DNA from: Methylophilaceae bacterium
GTDB lineage: Bacteria; Pseudomonadota; Gammaproteobacteria; Burkholderiales; Methylophilaceae
Assembly (NCBI GenBank): GCA_031399315.1
Contig: JANNOS010000106.1
Coordinates: 32,385-96,384, forward strand
Length of the DNA stretch: 64,000 bases
Direction: 5' to 3'
Made by a program: the position numbers and the translations under genes. Shown here one piece after another: positions 62,350-64,000 of this stretch (its first letter is position 1; each line of letters starts with the position of its first letter). Under the pieces are notes generated by a model. The model was not told the DNA's origin, searched no databases, and saw only the letters and a program-made list of their open reading frames with translations.

Positions 62350-63021
62350 CTAGCTGTTAGCCAATGTTTCCAATTTGGATCGGTTGCTAATTTCCACATG
62401 ACCGCGCCCCAGTTGCACCCAGCCCTTTTGTTCAAAACGCTTTAATTGGCGACTGACCACCTCACGCGCTGTGCCGAGCTCATCTGCCATTAGCTGATGC
62501 GTGCGGCTGATGGTTTCACTATTTGCATCTAGCAATAATTTAGCTAAACGTGCATCTAAACTGTGAAATGCCACTTCATCCAACAGCACGATTAAATCGC
62601 TAATCAACGCACCATAATTCGTCATCACAAAGCGGCGGAAGACCGCTGAATCGATCATCAACTGATTAAATGCGGGCGAAGGAATAATGACATCTTTAAT
62701 GGGTTCTTCTACGATGGTAGAGGCTGGATAATTGCTATTACCTAATAAACAGGTAGTGGTAATAACGCAGGTTTCACCCGCGGCAACGCGATAAAGCAAA
62801 ATTTCTCGCCCACTTGAGGACATTTTGTACACACGAGACTGTCCTGCAAGCCGCATCACATATGCTCCGCAAGCACCACCTTCGCGGTAACCAATGGTAC
62901 CAATCGGCGCTTCTACAATACGTGCAGATTTAGTGAGAATGTCGCGCGCTTGCGATTCTAACGCCAACAACGGCGGAAAACTCTCTAACCAGCTTAAATT
63001 ATCCAACTTAAACTCCTCCAT
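62350..63021 (-). CDS. Crp/Fnr-family regulator
   Basis: GREILLYRV..GETC, RLAKLLL, THQLMADELGTAREVVSR. Confidence 0.9.
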   Translation of the reverse strand: MEEFKLDNLSWLESFPPLLALESQARDILTKSARIVEAPIGTIGYREGGACGAYVMRLAGQSRVYKMSSSGREILLYRVAAGETCVITTTCLLGNSNYPASTIVEEPIKDVIIPSPAFNQLMIDSAVFRRFVMTNYGALISDLIVLLDEVAFHSLDARLAKLLLDANSETISRTHQLMADELGTAREVVSRQLKRFEQKGWVQLGRGHVEISNRSKLETLANS

Positions 63022-63096
63022 TTAATGCGTAATTTTAGTTATTAATGCAGAAGGCTACCAGTAGCGGCGGGCGCTTGCAACACTCAATATTGCAGC

Positions 63097-64000
63097 TTAA
63101 TGTTCAATTAAACTTTTAATCATCTCCAAACCAAAACCCACGCCAAAGCCATTCACGTCAGATTGCACCGCGCCCAAGCCGCCTTTGCGGTTGGTGCTGG
63201 ATAAGTCCGCATGACACCAAGCTACGTCATTCTCGATAAATTTTCCCATAAAGCGCGCTGCGTGCATGTGGTCGCCTCCGCCTTCCAAGGTACATTGCTT
63301 AATATCGGCAATGTCGCTGTCCAAATCGCTGTCCATGTCTTCTTCATACGGAAAAGCCACAATGCGTTCCCCCGCTATAGCGCCTGCCATTATTGCCTTG
63401 CAGGCTAGCTCTTGACGATTCGCAATCACACCACTCATGCGATCTGTCACCGCCACCGCCATGCTACCAGTTAAAGTTGCGTAATCTAAAATCACATCTG
63501 GCTTTTGACGACTTGCCAGCGTAAGCGTATCCGCAAGCACCATACGACCTTCGGCATCGGTGTGCACAATCTCAATCGTCATGCCATTTAGCGCGGTCAC
63601 TACATCGTTTTGTTTATAGGCAAGTGGCCCAATATGGTTCTGCGCAATCGCCAACCAGCAGTCTATTTTTACATCCAATTTTACCTGCGTAGCAGCCAGT
63701 AAAATCCCCAGCGCAACCGCGCTACCGTTCATGTCTTCGTGCATACCTTGCATATATTTTGCGGGCTTCAGGTTATGTCCGCCCGTATCAAAACAAATAC
63801 CTTTGCCGACTAGTGCGATGTTTTTCTTGGCAGAATTTTTTTTGTTATTTGATGGCGCATAGGTTAAATGCACAATCGCGGCATCCTGCGGCTCGCTGCC
63901 CTGACCCACCGCATAAAAAGTCCCTGCACCCATTTTTTTGAGTTTTGGCATATCAAACTCTTCCCATACCCAACTATGTTCCTTAGCTAGTTTTTTTACT
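63097..64000 (-). CDS. M17 leucyl aminopeptidase family protein (5' end beyond window)
   Basis: VGKGICFDTGG, DMNGSA, NTDAEGR-like HTDAEGRMVLAD, ATLTG; frame is open to the window end. Confidence 0.92.
   Translation of the reverse strand, partial: VKKLAKEHSWVWEEFDMPKLKKMGAGTFYAVGQGSEPQDAAIVHLTYAPSNNKKNSAKKNIALVGKGICFDTGGHNLKPAKYMQGMHEDMNGSAVALGILLAATQVKLDVKIDCWLAIAQNHIGPLAYKQNDVVTALNGMTIEIVHTDAEGRMVLADTLTLASRQKPDVILDYATLTGSMAVAVTDRMSGVIANRQELACKAIMAGAIAGERIVAFPYEEDMDSDLDSDIADIKQCTLEGGGDHMHAARFMGKFIENDVAWCHADLSSTNRKGGLGAVQSDVNGFGVGFGLEMIKSLIEH

Overview
Chromosomal window from a betaproteobacterium. Gene order and protein style suggest Methylophilaceae (Methylotenera-like); this is inference, since no methylotrophy gene is in the window. 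Contents in order: tyrA-aroA-cmk-rpsA-ihfB-lapB-pyrF; comEA; metG/apbC; small accessory genes; a ~20-kb divergent central-carbon cluster (acnB, class I fumarase, acyl-CoA synthetase, three CitE-family enzymes, sdhCDAB/sdhE, malic enzyme, GntR 'SdhR', mesaconyl-CoA hydratase, prpBCD); purB; wrbA; surE-pcm-nlpD without rpoS; a TPR-regulator/secreted protein/atypical ALDH islet; pirin-yceI-nemA-nitroreductase; tadA; BLUF; recJ; a pentapeptide-repeat protein; a BigR/persulfide-dioxygenase cluster; and a partial M17 peptidase. No rRNA, tRNA, CRISPR, transposase or prophage was seen. Top hypothesis: the carbon cluster has a candidate gene for every step of an isocitrate-lyase-independent glyoxylate bypass (citramalate -> mesaconate -> beta-methylmalyl-CoA -> propionyl-CoA + glyoxylate, closed by the methylcitrate cycle), arranged around one palindromic operator. 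Other highlights: a 102-bp palindromic element inserted in frame in metG, three more RPE-like elements, an S1 protein lacking domain 6, and two candidate structured RNAs. All assignments come from motif recognition by eye; no searches were run.
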